Source: the human T2T-CHM13v2.0 reference genome, Homo sapiens. From it: DNA of 64,000 bases. The stretch lies in the NCBI RefSeq assembly GCF_009914755.1, contig NC_060930.1. One strand, written 5' to 3'. The notes beneath the pieces were generated by a model. It was not told the DNA's origin and did not search any database. It worked only from the letters and a program-made list of their open reading frames with translations. Positions 1-13,374 of the stretch are shown here, in pieces. The position numbers and the translations under genes are program-made. Each line of letters begins with the position of its first letter. Position 1 is the stretch's first letter.

Positions 1-93
1 GGTCAGGCTGGTCTCGAACCCCTGACCTCATGATCTGCCTGCCTCAATTTCCCAAAGTGCTGGGATTGCAGTTGTGAGCCACCAGGCTTGGCC
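1..93 (-). mobile_element. Alu, left-arm 5' end (cut by window edge)
   Basis: caggctggtctcgaac...cccaaagtgctgggatt...gagccacc...ggcc is the reverse complement of the Alu 5' arm. Confidence 0.95.
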
Positions 94-1106
94 TCTTTTA
101 CTTCTTTTGTTAAAAAAAAAAAAATTTAAGGCCTGCCCATTGTCAGTCTGATAAAATACAAATGCAATTCTTTTCTTTATCTTCTTATTGTATTACTCTT
201 TAATAGGTAAAACTGGGAGAGAACAATGCTATTAATTCCATTTAGTTTATTGTTTATTTGCTTATTCTGCTTTTTTATTCGGAAGAAAAATTTAAGAATA
301 TATTTTTTTTCCATTTTCAAAATTGTCACAAAGTCTTAAAAACAAAGCAGATACTGTGTTTTATACCTCAAATGAAAATTCAGAGAAATAGAAACATACC
401 ATGTAGCAAGTAAGCAATTGAATTCCTTCTTAAACTTTATTGTAAAAAACAAACAAAAGGAAACATCCATGCATTCAAATATATATTAGCAACTTCTCTG
501 ATTTACTTGACAGGAGAAAGAGGCTGGGATTTGCCAATAGCCCACATACTCTGTGTGGACTTGGTTGACAGTGCTCTCCCCCTCCTTAGCTGTACCTGCA
601 CACTACACAGCAATAAGTCATCAAATGTGCTTAAGGGGAGCAGGAAAATTTACTGCTACCCAGTGTTTGGTAGCATAAAAACACAGTTACCACATCCATT
701 ATTCATGGTATTGGGTCAAATGTGTGAGCCCACACACCGCAGTGTGAAATGGCAAGGGATTCTACCCTTAACTCTTTCCTATCTTTCTAAGTGATCTCAT
801 CTACCCTGTGGCTTTGCTACCTTATCCTGATAATTGTCAAACCTTTGTGGAGAGATGGTTGACTGCTTATGACTCTGGCAGCCCTCTTTAGTTTGACTGA
901 TAAGGAGCCGACAGAGTGTCAACATCACCCAAGATTCCCACGTGCTGTTAGCATGAGTAGGCAACGTCCCTGGGCAGATGGCATCCAAGCTAGACTCATC
1001 TTCCTTCAAGTGCACGACTGCTCTCATTCTCACCATTGGTAAAAGATTGTTTTGAGTAGCAGGGGTCAGCTCATAATGGCTCCAGTTGGGTCCTACCCAA
1101 GCATAG

Positions 1107-1480
1107 TGTATTAGTCTGCTCTCACACTGCTATAAAGACCTGCCCCTGGTCTGGGTAATTTATAAAGGAAAGAGATTTAATTGACTCACAGTTTCATGTG
1201 GCTGGGGAGGCCTCAGGAAACTTACAATCATGGCAGAAGGGGAAGCAAACATGTCCTTCTTCACATGGTGGCAGGAGAGAGAAGCGCCAGCAAGGAAAAG
1301 CCAGACACTTATAAAACCATCAGATCTCATGAGAACTCACTCACTATCATGAGGACAGCATGGGAGAAACTGCCCCCATGATTCAATTACTTCCCACCAG
1401 GTTCCTCCCATGACACCTGAGGATAATGGGGATTACAATTCAAGATGAGATTTAGGTGGGGACACAGCCAAACCATATTA
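1107..1480 (-). mobile_element. THE1/MST-family MaLR solo LTR
   Basis: tgtattagtc...ggggacacagccaaaccatatta; perfect 5-bp TSD CATAG at 1102-1106 and 1481-1485. Confidence 0.93.
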
Positions 1481-2354
1481 CATAGCATGGGATAATCAGA
1501 GACTACATGAGCATCATCCATAACCTACTGTCTACTTGACCTCTCTTCTTGAATGGCCCACAGGTTCCTCAAACTCAGTATTCTGTTTTGCCTCCTATAG
1601 GCCTTCTTCATTCTGCCAGTTATCTAGAGGCAAAAACATCAGAATCACTTTCATTTGCATCATCTCTGTTCATAGCCAAGTGAAATTAAAGAATTATTGC
1701 CAATACTAAAAAAAATTAATATCTGTGGACTACTACACGGCTGATGTCATCTAAAATGCACACCAGATACCTGAGATGTAAAGACGACTATAATTTCCTG
1801 TCTGGATTTTTCTAATTGGCCCAAAAAGGAAGTGGTTTATACATCAGAGAATTGTGTTTTGATTCACACTTAAATTTACATAGTCCTTAATGTTAATGGT
1901 TGCTCCTTTAATAAATGTCTGTTGCACAGAACTGATATTAATTAATTTTGGTCCTACCTTGCATACATATTTCTTACACAGTTGTAAAGTACCTGGGACC
2001 AGCTTCTTGTAGACCTGTTGTCCCAGAATGATTTTTAATAGCTACCTATTTCACCTTCAGGAGTGTTTGTGTTTAGGTGATAAAAATTATATTGTCAACC
2101 AACATATATATGATATGTAATCTGGATATACCATTGTTTGACATTTTCTAAGTCCACTCTGCCCTTGGATCTCTAACCAGTTTAGTCTGAGACCCCATCC
2201 TGAGTAATTGCAGAAAGACCCTTCCTTTCGTTAGATTGTCGCACTCTTTGATATAGAGCAGGTGGGGACAGAGGATGTGGGCTTTCTTCACTGCCAGGTC
2301 CCAAGCCCATATTTCTTGCTAGCAAAAAACACAAGGTAAAATAAATATCCTTCA

Positions 2355-2708
<354 letters not shown>

Positions 2709-2851
2709 TTAAAAAAAAACAAATATTGAAATTAAAATACAGATTAAATATGAATGTAATGATTATAAGATAAAACAATTAGACTGATGATCAAGGAAAT
2801 AAAAAGGTATAAAATATAAAATAAAATAAAAATACAAATTGGATTCATTAG

Positions 2852-3710
2852 TTTTTTTTTTTAGTTTAAATGCATTTTATTTTTCGACAACATACATAAC
2901 ATGTTTTTCTTAAAAACAATGCCTCCACTCCAAATAAATCACGGTCAAAATAAATGAAGAGCTCAAGATGACATCAGCCCCAATTTGTCTTAAGTCCTGG
3001 TGTTGTGTGGATGACAAGCAGAAGCCAGTTACAATGACAGGTGATAGATCAAAGTAATTGCCAAATTTGTTAACATTTTTCCATTTCTAAATCATCCTTA
3101 AAGAAAATCATATATGGGGTCACACCATCTTCACGGTAGTCCAATAGAGCAACCATGCCATCTGGATTCATGTTTTCACAATTAAAGAACTGGTAGTTTT
3201 TGAAATTAGCAAGGATGTCCTTGATTTGTTTTGCAGCCCCTGTCATAAAAGGTTTTACTGTTTCTGGTCTCTGTTCTTCAAGTTTGGCTTTGATTGATTT
3301 CATGTAATCTTTGATATACTTCTTGTAGGCTTCTTTTGTGAAACTTGTTTCCTGCAGGTGATGGTTCATGACAATATCAACACCAGTGATTACTGTGCTT
3401 TCTGTACCTTCGCCCTAGGGTCATTCAGCGGAGGTATTACCACCAATGAGCGAGTCATCAATGTTACCTTCTATCCTACTGACCATCTTCCCCTCCACCT
3501 CCAGGTACAGCCCGTCCATGATCTCCCAGATCTTGTAGATGTCGGAAAACATCTCATCGTGGCTGATGAGGTCGCGGTAGATAATCATGATGGCGGCTGA
3601 AGGGAGACGATGCAGCACTAGCTTAGCAGGAGCCTGAAGCTTGCAGCAAGCGCAGTGCAGCCTGAGCGGTGCTAAGGTGGAGAGGGGAGCGAGCGGGGGA
3701 AAAAAAAAGC
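2852..3710 (-). pseudogene. TPT1P4: Full-length processed pseudogene of TPT1 (TCTP/fortilin); former CDS 3588->3070, 172 codons
   Basis: Translation [19 protein letters not shown]...[13 protein letters not shown] is collinear with TCTP and intronless. In-frame TGA (3423-3421) and TAG (3417-3415). AATAAA near 2876-2881, poly(A) 2852-2862, TSD t(g/a)gattcattagt at 2840-2852 and 3711-3723. The symbol number is from recall of the 6q24.2 locus. Confidence 0.95.
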
Positions 3711-3894
3711 TAGATTCATTAGTCTTTTATGAAAAATATAAATATGGATTAAAAACAAAAATTCTAGGCTGAACTAGGAATAAATATAATTTCAAAAGGA
3801 TGTGAAAATATTATTTTTAATGGAAATATAAATAAAGACAAAGTAGGAAAAACAAAATAGAGGCAGAATACTTAAAGAATAAACAAGTAAAATT

Positions 3895-3990
3895 GAAATG
3901 GGGGAAATTAGATAAAATAAATGAAATAAGATAATATATGTAAAGTGCTTCTCACAGTAAAGTGATGTTGAGACATTGCTCCATAAAACA
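3895..3990 (+). mobile_element. MIR 3' fragment
   Basis: agataatatatgtaaagtgctt resembles the MIR tail. Confidence 0.55.
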
Positions 3991-4937
3991 ACATTTATCT
4001 TTTATAAAATTTGAAAATAAAACATGAGAGGATAATGGGGGCAGGAAGGAGAAGAGTCCTAGTGAAAGCAAATGAGGAGTCTGGCAAAATTCTCATTTAG
4101 CTTTCTCTAGAGTTGGGTCCTGGATAGCTGGGAGATAGGAAGCACAGAGGAATACAAAGTCCCTATCCCCTCTGCCCTCGTCCCATGTCCCCAGCAACCT
4201 TGCATCTCTTTATGGTATTCATCAGAGGGGACCCAGAGCTGTCTGAAAGAGCCTCACCACAAACTGGATTCGTTGACTTCACACTTGCTCAGCCACCACC
4301 TCTTTTCTTTGGAATCCATAAGAACAGCACACACAGGGATCCAAAAGTGCACTGAAAGTATTTGGTAGTCCTCAGTGTAAGCACAGATGGCTTCCCATTC
4401 TCACCCTTAGATGCAAAAATGTGTCCTAGTAGTAATGGTAGTTAGTGATAATATTCTGAATATCTATGAGATGGCCATATTTCTTCATAATCTGTTTAAA
4501 GAATGGATTTAAAAGTCACCTGAAAGTGGAAGCATTTAACTAATGTTTAAATAAAATTGTATTAGAATGATGCTAGCAAGCGAGAGATTTCTGGTAAAGT
4601 GAAAATGAAGGTTCTATCAAGGACAAGAACACAATTTAGGAAAAGGAAGCATTAAGGTTCACACAATTTTTATATATATATATATATTTGCACACACAAA
4701 ATCTATATATCTATAAATATATTTCATATATAACCCCCCAACACAAGACAGCAAATTCACCCTCTGGAGATAGCCTTACTTATAAAATAGAGATAAATAT
4801 TAAGAAATCAAGGCAATAACAGGCACTCAGTCAAGGAAGCAACTTCTAGGGAATACTTTAGATCCCTTCACTGGTCTACACATATTTGTATGAAGATTCA
4901 GCTAGGAATGCCTTTGACAGAAACTGTACTGTGATCA

Positions 4938-5090
4938 CAGTGACCCTAAAACTTGAGCATGCTTCAGTATCGCTGGACTCTGAGATGCAGATTCAGGACA
5001 TTGGGGTGGGGCCAGAGAATGTGCATTTCCAACAAGTTCCCAGATAATCTTTATGCTGTTGGTCAGAGGACCACACTTTGAGAGCCACAG
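4938..5090. mobile_element. MER5A-like hAT-Charlie DNA transposon
   Basis: ggtggggccagagaatgtgcatttccaacaagttcccag...gaccacactttgagagccac. Confidence 0.8.
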
Positions 5091-5129
5091 GCTTATATTT
5101 AAAAGCATGTAAATTTTCTCGTACAATAA

Positions 5130-6165
5130 GAAGACTGGAGGTAGATGGTTTCTGGTTGGCTGTGGCTCCATAAGGTCTTTAAAGGCAAAATCTCTTTCTA
5201 ATTTACCGTTCTGACATCTTTGGGTATTAGCACATTATCCATAGAAATGTGACCTCCCTGCCCCCAATCCTGGCCCCGTGGTCACAGCATAGCCAACACA
5301 GTTCCAAGGCTTCTATCTTCACATTGTCAGATCCCAGAGAAGTTCCTCTTCAAAAGTTTAGTTTGTTTAGTTTCCTTATTCTCTACTTTCAACGTCCAAC
5401 TTCCTTATCCTTTTTGCCTCCCTGCTCCTGGTTCCAGTAAACAACTCTCCCACTGGTCCTTATCTACAGAGCCCACATCTGCTATTCACTCTGTAATTTA
5501 CCACTCTCACTGTAACAGCTCTTCCCGCCAAAGCTGTCTTTCAAGTCAGCCAATTGGGTTCAGTTTAGATTGTGTGGCCCAACTCCAGCCAACAGGGACA
5601 GGACATAGTAGTAGGGACAAGCTGCGTTAGGAATAAAAATCCTTTCCCTCCTTTGTTCAGTGTGCTCTCATGGCAACTGAGAGAAGCACCCTTCTGCAGA
5701 AGTAAATTTGCCTTGCTGAGAAATCTTTTGTTTGAGTGCTCATTTTCTTTGCAACTCCGAGCTTTGCTTCTAACATGATCCCATTCAAGGCAGGAAGAAA
5801 AAGGGAAGAAAATGGGAAGGAATAGCAAGCACAAGGCTTTTACTTCCCAAGACTCTGTTTTTTAAATCCAAAAAGAAAATCCTTTCCAGAACTTCCAACC
5901 AGCTTTTTCTTATCTCTCATTGGCCAGAACTGGATCACACACCACTCTGCCACTGTCTCCCAACCAATTACTGTATTGACCAAAGGGTTGAGATGACAAT
6001 TACTGGTTTACACTAATAATGATTCATTCCCTGGAGCTGGAGAATAAGTCTACCTTCCCTGAAATTAAGGTGTCTCTTCCCACTGCCTGAATAAAATAAG
6101 ATTTCCTTTATCAGGGAGAAAGGTGAGGAATGGCTGTTGGATAAGCAAGAAACAATGGCTACCAA
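5130..6165 (-). mobile_element. Old MLT1-family MaLR LTR, interrupted by an ERV1 LTR
   Basis: tctcattggccagaactggatcaca and aggaatggctgttggataagc are typical MLT1 motifs; boundaries approximate. Confidence 0.6.
5325..5775 (+). mobile_element. ERV1-class solo LTR
   Basis: TG...CA termini (tgtcag...ctaaca), CCAAT box, aataaaa, U5-like cttctgcagaagtaaatttgccttgctgag. Confidence 0.7.
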
Positions 6166-6182
6166 AAGAGCCCACCTCATGC

Positions 6183-9100
6183 TGTAGCAGTGAAACAGCA
6201 AAAAAGCTGACATAAGTAACTCCACTTTTGTTTAAGAGGGCTTTGCCCATTCTTACACATAGGCTAGGATAATTTTAGAGCACTGAGCCAATATGCAAAA
6301 ACAGCCAGTAAAGGCTGGGGTTAAAGGGGAAATAACTATGGTTTGTTTAATATTTATTATTATTTTTTTGCTTTTAAGTTCAGGGTTATATGTATAGGTT
6401 TGTTATATAGGTAAACCCGTGTTATGGGGGTTTGTTGTACAGATTATTTTGTCACCCAGGTATTAAACCTACTACCCATTAGTTATTTTTTCCTTATCCT
6501 CTCCCTCCTCCCTTCTCCCTCAAGTAGACCCCAGCACCTATTGTTGCCTTCTTTGTGTTCATGATTTCTCATAATTTAGCTCCCACTTATAAATGAGAAC
6601 ATGCAGTATTTGGTTTTCTGTTCCTGCTTTAGTTTACTAAGGATAATGGCCTCCAGCCACATTCCCACAAAACACATAATCTCATTCTTTTTTATGGCTG
6701 CTTAGTATTCCATGGTGTGTATTTCACGGTACAACCACATTTTCTTTATCCAGTCTACCACTGATGGGTGTTTAGGTTGATTCCATGTCTTTGCTATAGT
6801 GAATAATGCTGCAGTGAACGTTGGCGTGCATATGTCTTTATGGTCGAATTATTTATAATCCTTTGGGTATATATGCCCAGTAATGGAATTGCTGGATTGA
6901 ATAGTAGTTCTGCTTTTAGCTCTTTGAGGGATCAGCATACAGCTTACCACAATGGTTGAACTAATTTACATTCTCACCAACAGTGTATAAGCATTCCTTT
7001 TTCTCTGCAACCTCACCAACATCTGTTATTTTTTGACTTTTTACCAGTAGCCATTCTGACTGGTGTGAGATGGTATCTCATTGCAGTTTTGATTTGCATT
7101 TCTCTAATGATCAGTGATGTTGAGCTTCTTGTCATATGTTTGTAGTCACAGGTATGTCTTATTTTGAAAAGTGTCTGTTCATGTTCTTTTGCCCACTTTT
7201 TAATGGGGTTGTTTCTTCTTGTAAATTTGTTTAAATTTCTTATAGATGCTGGATATTAGACCTTTGTCAGATGCATAGTTTGCAAAATTTTTCTCCCATT
7301 CTGTAGATTATCTATTTACTCTGTTGATGGTTTCTTTTGCTGTGCAGAAGCTCTTTAATTAGATCCCATTTGTCAATTTTTGCTTTTGTTGCAATTGCTT
7401 TTGGCATCTCCATCATGAAATCTTTGCCTGTTTCTATGTCCAGAATGGTATTGCTTAGGTTATCTTCCAGAGTTTTTATAGATTTGGGTTTTACCTTTAA
7501 GTCTTTAATCCATCTTGAGTCGATTTTTGTATGTGGTGTAAGGGAGGGGTCCAATTTCAGTCTTCTATATATGGCTAGCCAGTTATCCCAGCACCATTTA
7601 TTGAATACAGAATCCTTTCCCCATTGCTTGTTTTTGTCAGCTTTGTCAAAGATCTGGTAGTTGTAGGTGTACAGCCTTATTTCTGGGCTCTCTATTCTGT
7701 TCCATTGGTCTATGTTTGTTTTTGTACAAGTATCACACTGTTTTGGTTACTGTAGCCCTATAGATAGTTTGAAGTTGGGTAGTGTGACACCTTCAGCTTT
7801 GTTCTTTATGCTTACGGTTGCCTTGGCTATTTGGGCTCTTTTTTGGTTCCATATGAATTTTAAAATAGTTTTTTTCTTGTTCTATGGAATATATCATTGG
7901 TAATTTGATAGGAATAGTATTGAACCTGTAAATTGCTTGGGGCTGTATGGCCATTTTTAATGATATTGATTCTTCTTACCAATGAGCATGGAATATTTTT
8001 CCATTTGTTCACGTCATCCCTGATTTCTTTGAGCAGTGTTCCATAGTTCTCATTGTACAGATCTTTCAGTTCCTGGTTAGCTATATTCCTAGGCATTTTA
8101 TTCTTTTTGTGGCAATCGTGAATGGGATTGCATTCCTGATTTGGCTCTCGGCTTGATTGTTCGTGTATAGGAATGCTAGTGATTTTTGTACTTTGATTTT
8201 GTATTCTGAGACTTCACTGAAGTTGATAATCAGTTTAAAGAGCTTTTGGCCTGAGACTGGGGTTTTCTAGATATAGAATCATGTTATCTGCAAACAGGTA
8301 TAGTTTGACTTCCTCCCTTCTTATTTGGATGTCCTCTATTTCTTTCTCTTTCCTGATTGCTCTGGCCATAACCTCCAACACTATGTTTAATAGGAGTGGT
8401 GAGAGAGGAGGACATCCTTGTCTTGTGCTAGTTTTCAAGGAGAATGCTTCCAGCTTTTGCCCATTCAGTATGATGTTGGCTGTGGGTTTGTCACAGGTGA
8501 CTCTTAATATTTTGTGGTATGTTCTTTCAATACCTAGTTTGTTGAGAGTTTTTAACATAAAGGGGTGTTGAATTTTATTGAAAGCCTTTTCTGCAAGTAT
8601 GGTATAATTATGTGGTTTTGTCTTAGTTTTATTTATGCAATGAATCACATTTATTGATTTGTGTATGTTGAATCAGTTTTGCATCCCAGAGATAAAGCCT
8701 ACTTGTTGGTAGTGGAGAAGTTTTTTGATGTGCTGCTGGATTTGAGTTGCCAGTATTTTGTTGAGGATTTTTACATTGATGGTAATCAAGGATATTGGCT
8801 TGAAGTTTTCTTTTTCTGTTGTGTCTCTGCCAGCTTTTGGTATTAGGATGGTGCTGGCCTCATAGAGTGAGTTGGGGAGGAGTCCTTCCTCCTCAATTTT
8901 TCAGAATTGTTTGCATAGGAATGGTACCAGCTCTTCTTGGTACATCTGGTAGAATTTGGCTATGAATCTATCTGGTCCTTGGCTTTTTTGGATTGGTAGG
9001 CTATTTATTACTGATTCAATTTCAGTGCTCATTATTGGTCTGTTGAGGGATTCAATTTCTTCCTGGTTCAATCTTGGGAGGGTGTATATGTCCAGGAGTT

Positions 9101-12100
9101 TATCCATTTCTTCTAGATTTTCCAGTTTGAGTCCAGAGAGGTGTTCATAATATTCTGTGATGGTTATATGTATTTCTGTGGGGTCAATGGTAATCTCCCC
9201 TTTGTCATTTCTACTTGTGTTTATTTGGATCATCTCTCTTTTCTCTTTATTATTCTACCTAGCAGGCTGACCATTTTATTTTTTATTTTTTTCAAAAAAA
9301 ATAAAAACAACTCCTGGATTCGTTGATCCTTTTAATGGTTTTTTGTGTGACTCCTTCAGTTCAGTTCTGATTTTAGTTATTTCTTGTCTTCTACAAGTTT
9401 TGGGATTGGTTTGCTCTTGGTTCTCTAGTTCTTTTCATTGTAATGTTAGGTTGATAAATTGAGATCTTTCTGATGTGAGTGTTTGGTGCTGCAAATTTTC
9501 CTCTTAACACTGAATCAGCTGTGTTCCTGAGATTCTGGTGTGTTGTGTCTGTGTTCTTATGAGTTTCAAAAAGCTTCTTGATTTCTGCCTTAATTTCATT
9601 ATTTACCAAGAAGTCATTCAGGAGCAAGTTATTCAATTTCCATATAAATGTATGGTTTTAAGCATGCTTTTTAGTCTTGAATTCCATTTTTATAGCACTG
9701 TGGTGCTGTGGTTGTTATGATTTCAGTTATTCTGCATTTGCTGAGTAGTGTTTTATGTTCAGTCATGTGGTTGATTTTAGAGTATTGCCATGTGGCAATG
9801 AGAAGAATGTATATTCTGTTGTTTTGGGGTGGAAAGTTCTGTAGATGTCTGTCAGGTCCATTTGATCCAGTGCTGAGTTTAGGTCCTGAATATCTTCGTT
9901 AATTTTCTGTCTCAATATCTGTCTAATATTGTCAGTGGGGTGTTAAAGTCTCCCATTAGTATTGTGTGGGAGCCTAAGTCTCTTTGAAAGTCTCTAAGAA
10001 CTTGCTTTATGAATCTGGGTGCTCCTGTGTTGGGTGCATATTTAGGATAGTTAGGTCTTTTTGTTAAATTAAACCCTTTGCCATTATGTAATGTCCTTCT
10101 TTTTTCTTTTGTTTTTTTGTTGGTTTAAAGTCTGTTTTGTCTGAAATTCAGATTGAAATGTCTACTTCTCTCTGTTTTCCATTTTCTTGGTAGATTTTTC
10201 TCCATCCCTTTATTTTGAGCCTATGTATGTCATTGCATGTGAGATGAGTGTCTTGAAGATAGCATACCATTGGGTCTTGCTTCATTATCCAGCTTGCCAC
10301 TCTGTGCAATCAGCATTTAGCCCATTTACATTCAAGGTTAGTGTTGAAATATGTGGATTTGATTCTGTCATCATTATGTTAGCTGGTTATTATGCAGACT
10401 TGTGTGGTTGCTTTATAGTGTCACTGGTCTGTGTACCTCAGTGTGTTTTTGTGGTGGCTGGTAACGGTCTTTCCTTTCCATGTTTAGTGCTTCCTTCAGG
10501 AGCCCTTGTAAGGCAGGTCTAGTGGTAACAAATTCTTTGGCACTTGCTTATTTGAAAAGGATCTTATTTCTCCTCTTCTTATGAAGCTTAGTTTGGCCAC
10601 ATAGGAAATTATTGGTTGGAATTTCTTTAAGAATCTTGAATGTTGGCCCCCAACCTCTTCTGGCTTACAGGGTTTCTGCTAAGAAGTTCACTGTTAGTCT
10701 GATGGGCTTCCCTTTGTAGGTGTCCTGACCTCTCTCTAGCTGCCTTTAACATATTTTCTTTCATTTCATCCTTAGAGACTCTGATGATTATGTGTCTTGA
10801 AGGTGATCTTCTTGTGAAGTATCTTACTGGGGTTCTCTTCATTTCCTGAATTTGAATATTGACCTCTCTATATAAGTTGGGGAATTTCTCATGAATGACA
10901 TCCTGAAATATGTTTTCCAGCTTGCTTCCATTCTCCTCCTCTCTTTCCGGGACACCAATAAGTCATAGATTTGATCTCTTTACATAATCCCATATTTCTC
11001 AGAGGTTTTGTTCATTCCTTTTCCTTCTTTTTTATCTTTTCTTGTCTGACTGTCTTATTTCAGAAAGCTATTCATTGAGCTCTGAGATTCTTTCCACAGC
11101 TTGGTCTATTCTGCTTTGAATACTTGTGATTGCATTATGAAATTATTGTAGTGTGTTTTTTAGCTCTATCAGGTTGGCTACATTGTTTTCTATACTGTCT
11201 ATTTTGTCTGTCAGTTCCTGCATTGTTTCATCATGATTCTTAGTATACTTGGATTGGTTTCCAATGTACTCTTTCATCTCAATGATCTTCGTTCCTATCT
11301 GTATTCTGAAATTGATTTCTGTCATTTCAGCCATCTCAGCCTGGTTCAGAGCCCTTCCTGGCAATGTAGTGACGTTGTTTAGAGGAATGAAAGCAGTCTG
11401 GCTTTTTGAGTTGTCACTGGTTCTTTCTCATCTTGCTAGGCTAATGTTCCTTCAATTTTTGAAGCTGCTGTTCTTTGGATGGGCTTTTTTCCTTTTATCT
11501 TAGTTGATGCTCTTAATGATTTTATTGTGGAGGAAGGTGGGTTCAGCCAACTGGCTTCATTTCTGGAAGATTTTAGGGGGCCAAAGCTCAGCTTCCAACT
11601 CCTGGACTGTATGCTCTAACTCTAGGGGACTTGTATCAGCCTCAACTTTGTTCTCTGTCTCCTCGAGGTTAGGAATCCACTGTGCTGGGGGGCTGATATG
11701 CTCCCAGGTGGCTGGTCACTACACTCCAGTTGGTGGTGTCACCCAAAATGTTTTCAGTGTGGTGACAGCAGGATGGTCCTCGTTCTCACATGCCAGCAGC
11801 AGTGGCAGCATGGTGAGGTGCATGCTTCTTGGCTGCAGCAGGGTGCTAGCGGATGCCAGGGTGCCTGCCTCCCTGTGCACATTCACAGCTGCAGTGGAGG
11901 CAGCATGGCTTGAGGAGGAGGAGGGCCCCACTGGCAACTGTACATGCAGTTGTGCTGGTGGTGGTATTAGCATGGGGTTGGGGTGCTGATTAGCACAGGT
12001 CTGAGTGTGCCATCTGTGTACGTTCATGCAAGTGGGGATGGCTGGGGAGGGTCTGCTGTTCTCTGTGCCTACTTTCACTCTAGTGGCAGTGTTGATGCAG

Positions 12101-13351
12101 GGGCAGGGCATTGGCAGGGATAGGGCTAGTGGGCTCTATGCCCACCAAGGCTCTGACTGCAATGGCAGTATGGCGGGGGAGGGAGGCTGGTAGAGTCAAA
12201 TGCACTCCTGCCAGCAGCAGTGGTGAAGCAGGGTGCATGTGTACACACAAGGTGGTGGGGCAAGGAAAGCAAAATCTGCTCGTGCACATAGATGCTGACA
12301 AAGCAATGTGGGGGGTGGCCATGGGCCCAGAGGAAGCTACAGTGCAGGGAAGGAGTGGGTAGACTGATGTGTGGCCATGGAGACCACCCCACTGCAGCTC
12401 TCCACTAGTCAGGCATGGTCCACCAGTGCAAAAGCTATAGAGTGGGCCCCCAGGGCACCCGAGGCTGCCCTGCAAGCAGACATTGCCAGGTTGGGGTTCC
12501 AGAAGGGACCAGAAGACCAAGGATTATTCAGGTCAGACCAGTCCAGTCTAATGGGCAAGACCACCCTGCAGAGTTCAAGTCTGACAGTTCCCCTAGGACT
12601 AAAGTCTCCTGTGGGAGCTAGTGGGGCCTACAGAGATGGCTATCCCTGGCTGTGCTCCACCACAGATGCTCCCTCACCAAACACTCTGGGCTGCGCATCA
12701 GCTGGCTGCCCCTACCAGTTCTCTAAGCAGCTCTCCTTGCCAATTCAGGCGTCCATGGTGGTTGAGGGGTCTCTAACCTGCTGGGATTCCAGAGGCTGTG
12801 ACAAAAGCAGGTTGCTCCTTACCAGTTCAGCTCACCCATTACCCCAGAGTTGCTGGGGGCCAGAAACGAGCCCTGATGCTTGGTAGCCTCATGCAGGGTT
12901 CCCAGCTTCCTCCCCCTTCAGCCCAGCTTCTGTGTCTTCCCTGCATCCATTCTTGGTGCCTTCCCTCTGAAGGTCTATTAGGAGCGTGCCAGTTATCCTG
13001 GTTCCTCCATTCCTCTGTGGCAGCTGTTCCACCTGGTTGTGTCTAGTTGGTCCTTGTTAAAGATTTGTAGAAGCATTATGACCAAGGACAAATAATTTCC
13101 TAACCTCCTCAGACCCTCGCTGCCACCTAGGTGTCTTCAGTCATTGGTTAACCCTTAGTCTCAACTCTCTCCTCCTCCCTTTGCCCTTAACATAAAAAGA
13201 GCCTGAAATTTATAATGACTTAAGATGGTATTTTGGAACGCCAGTTCACCATCTTCTCGGTTTTGCCGGCTTTCTGAATAAACCTGCTTTTCTTCCCATC
13301 AACCCTCATTTCTTGTGTCTGGCTTAAGTGGCAAACCTGGGTTCTGTTTCA
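6183..13351 (+). mobile_element. ERV1-class solo LTR split by the 6.7-kb L1 (parts ~6183-6356 and ~13055-13351)
   Basis: Begins tgtagc and ends gtttca; 4-bp TSD ATGC at 6179-6182 and 13352-13355; cataaaa and aataaa in the right part. Confidence 0.75.
6357..13054 (-). mobile_element. Near full-length, inactive old primate L1 (L1PA15/16-like)
   Basis: L1 3'UTR at the left. ORF2 remnants include RT ...[17 protein letters not shown]...[14 protein letters not shown] (8235-8648), 8901-9233 and 7312-7554. ORF1 remnants at 10627-10842 and 11143-11364. Long GC-rich 5'UTR ~11500-13050. Degenerate TSD ttgtt(t/a)aa(t/g)attt. Confidence 0.93.
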
Positions 13352-13374
13352 ATGCCAGACAACCAGCAGAGATA

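Noticed and set aside
3070-3369. 99-aa TCTP C-terminal ORF as a real gene
   Set aside because: Remnant downstream of two nonsense codons in an intronless, poly(A)-tailed, TSD-flanked retrocopy.
7312-11364. L1 ORF1/ORF2 peptides as functional CDS
   Set aside because: Broken by many stops and frameshifts, and the RT catalytic motif reads FADN; the element is dead.
11504-13046. Cluster of long overlapping ORFs (up to 171 aa) on both strands
   Set aside because: They lie in the GC-rich L1 5'UTR, where stops are scarce; no recognisable protein similarity.
13119-13135. CTCF-like CACCTAGGTGGCAG in the LTR half
   Set aside because: Two mismatches in the 5' core; too weak without binding data.
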